A DNA stretch of 64,000 nt from a virus: IMG/VR virus record IMGVR_UViG_3300028840_006907, positions 160,001 through 224,000 of that record. One strand, 5' to 3'. Position numbers and translations under genes: made by a program. Each line of letters starts with the position of its first letter. Position 1 is the stretch's first letter. Below the pieces are notes generated by a model. It searched no databases. It was not told the DNA's origin and saw only the letters and a program-made list of their open reading frames with translations. Shown here piece after piece: positions 62,169 through 64,000 of this stretch.

Positions 62169-62459
62169 ATGGATGATATTTATAAAGAGCTAATTAAAAA
62201 TGTAGGTTCTTTAAAAAATGCTGATGAAGTTGATGTATGCGGTATGGACGATTTTATTGAGCCTAAGAAAGCCGAATCTCGATTACCTGACAAGGTAAAA
62301 GTGGCCTCACTAGGTGACCTTTCAGAATTTTTCCGAATTGCTAACAACACTTTAGTCCATAAAGCTGAAAAGGATTTATGGCGTATCAGTGAAGATGAGA
62401 ATGGTTGTGTCATTGAGAGACTTTTTAATCCTGATACTAAAGAACCTATTAGAGTATAA
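62169..62459 (+). CDS. hypothetical protein
   Basis: GGGAGGA SD then ATG; 96 aa. Confidence 0.3.
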   Translation: MDDIYKELIKNVGSLKNADEVDVCGMDDFIEPKKAESRLPDKVKVASLGDLSEFFRIANNTLVHKAEKDLWRISEDENGCVIERLFNPDTKEPIRV

Positions 62460-62468
62460 AGGAGTCAA

Positions 62469-63014
62469 GTGATGAGAAAACGGCTTACTGATGATGCGGG
62501 AAGATTTAAATCGGCTGGTATGAGAAGAGAAATACCAGAGGATTTTAAATATAACCCTAAGAAGTTGAAACATTTAAAACACATTCTTCATAATGTTACG
62601 ATAGCTCTAGGCACTTTAACATCCTCTTTAAATGAGTTTTCTAAATTAAAGGGGCCTGAAGTAAGTCCCGATGGACTTCTTGGAGGAATAGGTTATATCA
62701 TTCCCTTAAAAGACATAAAAGAGACCATTAATTCTACGATTCGCGGTTTAAGTGATGTAGCAGATTGTCTAGCTGATGAGTTGACAAATCCTAAATGGAA
62801 TTCGAAAGAAGACAAAGAGGTAAAAGAACTCATCAAGGAAAAAGAGGAAGTTCAGGAAAAAGTTGATGAAGAGGTAAATCCTGAGGATCTGGTAACCGTT
62901 GAAGAGTTAGAAGAAGATATAGATAAAAAAGAAACAGTTGATAAACAGGCTAATACCACTGTTTTGGAATCGGCTGTTAAAAATTCCCTCGTAAAATTTT
63001 TTGAAACAGCATAA
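62469..63014 (+). CDS. hypothetical acidic protein
   Basis: 181-aa ORF. Confidence 0.3.
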   Translation: MMRKRLTDDAGRFKSAGMRREIPEDFKYNPKKLKHLKHILHNVTIALGTLTSSLNEFSKLKGPEVSPDGLLGGIGYIIPLKDIKETINSTIRGLSDVADCLADELTNPKWNSKEDKEVKELIKEKEEVQEKVDEEVNPEDLVTVEELEEDIDKKETVDKQANTTVLESAVKNSLVKFFETA

Positions 63015-63026
63015 AGGAGATCTAAT

Positions 63027-64000
63027 ATGTTAGGTGAACTTAATCAAGATATAATGGGTTGTGAAATTGGAACAAACCCAAAGTATCCTCCGATTAATAA
63101 TCTCGATTACTTAACGGTGGATACAAGAACTTATGATAATTATCCTTCTGATAATAATCCAGTACGGATACAGCCTAAACTCGCTGATTTATGGAATCAC
63201 AATAAAAACAATTGTGGTATAAATTTGATCCCCAATCAGACGGTTCAGTCTTTGGGTTTAAGAAGTGCCGATGAAAATATGAGTGAAGCAGTAGCTAATT
63301 TTTGCTGTGAGACCAAAAAAGCAATGATGATGGGTTACACAGGGAAAGAATTAGCAAAATATCTTCGTGCACGTTTTGATAAAGAAACTATTGAAGCCGC
63401 GAAAGAGGAAATGGTTAAACTTTCTGAAGAGCAAGGTTTAATGGGAAATGTTTATATTGATGCATCCGCTTTTATTTCTGCAAAAGAAGCCGAGCAATTT
63501 TTAACAATGCATCGAAATCGTCTTGCCCAGGACATTGTTATAGAAGGAGCTACCGTAGATCCGAATGTAGTGGCTTATTTGGCTAATAAGTTTCATAAAA
63601 ATGTAGTTGAAAAAATTTCATATGATGAAAAACTTTACAGAAAATATAAAGCTTATCTCGTGGATGCAAATAAAATTCCTGTTGATTTTGTAATAGATTC
63701 TAAAGAATCTCTTAGATCGGCTTTTTTATCTGAACCTGTAGAAGAAGTTGTAAAGAAAGCTAAAGCTGAAAAATCGGAACCTTTATCTAAGGAAAAAGTT
63801 GCAGAAGAATTAGTAAATAGAGGTGATAAGAATGATACAGCTCATAAACTTGCAACTGCTGATATTACTTTTCGTGAAGTTCGTCCTATCATAGAATTTA
63901 CCAGAGAACAACTCTCAAAAGGAAAAACAGGAAATAATTTAAAGGAGATATTACGTGGAAAGTATGCTTCAGTAGATTTGAACAAAGCAGCCAAATATAT
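63027..64000 (+). CDS. hypothetical protein, 3'-truncated by window end
   Basis: AAAGGAG SD then ATG, open frame to end of window; not in the supplied track because no stop is reached. Confidence 0.4.
   Translation, partial: MLGELNQDIMGCEIGTNPKYPPINNLDYLTVDTRTYDNYPSDNNPVRIQPKLADLWNHNKNNCGINLIPNQTVQSLGLRSADENMSEAVANFCCETKKAMMMGYTGKELAKYLRARFDKETIEAAKEEMVKLSEEQGLMGNVYIDASAFISAKEAEQFLTMHRNRLAQDIVIEGATVDPNVVAYLANKFHKNVVEKISYDEKLYRKYKAYLVDANKIPVDFVIDSKESLRSAFLSEPVEEVVKKAKAEKSEPLSKEKVAEELVNRGDKNDTAHKLATADITFREVRPIIEFTREQLSKGKTGNNLKEILRGKYASVDLNKAAKY

Noticed and set aside
1-64000. CRISPR array, rRNA or canonical tRNA genes
   Set aside because: No spacer-repeat periodicity, no rRNA-like conserved blocks and no recognisable tRNA cloverleaf found by eye; the only long repeats are the two 63-bp copies.
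1-64000. Interpretation as an ordinary bacterial chromosome segment
   Set aside because: Replisome, recombination and nucleotide-metabolism genes are packed far more tightly than in bacterial chromosomes, with inteins, homing-endonuclease-type genes (GIY-YIG, LAGLIDADG) and many tiny zinc-ribbon ORFs, and no ribosomal or housekeeping metabolic genes. Not fully excluded without the whole contig.

Overview
AT-rich window (roughly 30% GC by eye) with dense coding on both strands. Gene content and layout suggest a large virus-like replicon, most plausibly a huge/jumbo bacteriophage or megaplasmid, rather than a bacterial chromosome: a tight cluster of bacterial-type replication/recombination genes (NAD-ligase, RecD-like helicase, RecA, RuvC-like, Mre11/Rad50, sliding clamp, clamp-loader subunits, class II ribonucleotide reductase carrying two inteins, thioredoxin, UDG, primase-like TOPRIM, 5'-3' exonuclease), many small zinc-ribbon proteins, HU and DnaJ, and no rRNA, CRISPR or clear tRNA. 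Two divergently transcribed blocks (minus strand about 0-38.8 kb, plus strand about 40.4-64 kb) meet at a 1.5-kb mostly non-coding, iteron-containing region with a perfect 63-bp direct repeat pair flanking an anomalously GC-rich, hairpin-rich segment (candidate structured RNA or origin). Other notable modules: a membrane cluster (K+ channel, PspA/IM30, SPFH/flotillin plus NfeD), a putative RNA end-healing cluster (2H phosphoesterase, LigD-type 3'-phosphoesterase domain, RRM protein), an apparently fragmented Rad50/SbcC, and a modification-enzyme island (GT-A, methyltransferase, sulfotransferase, isochorismatase-like). All calls rest on motif recognition by eye from the supplied translations; no database search or folding was run.
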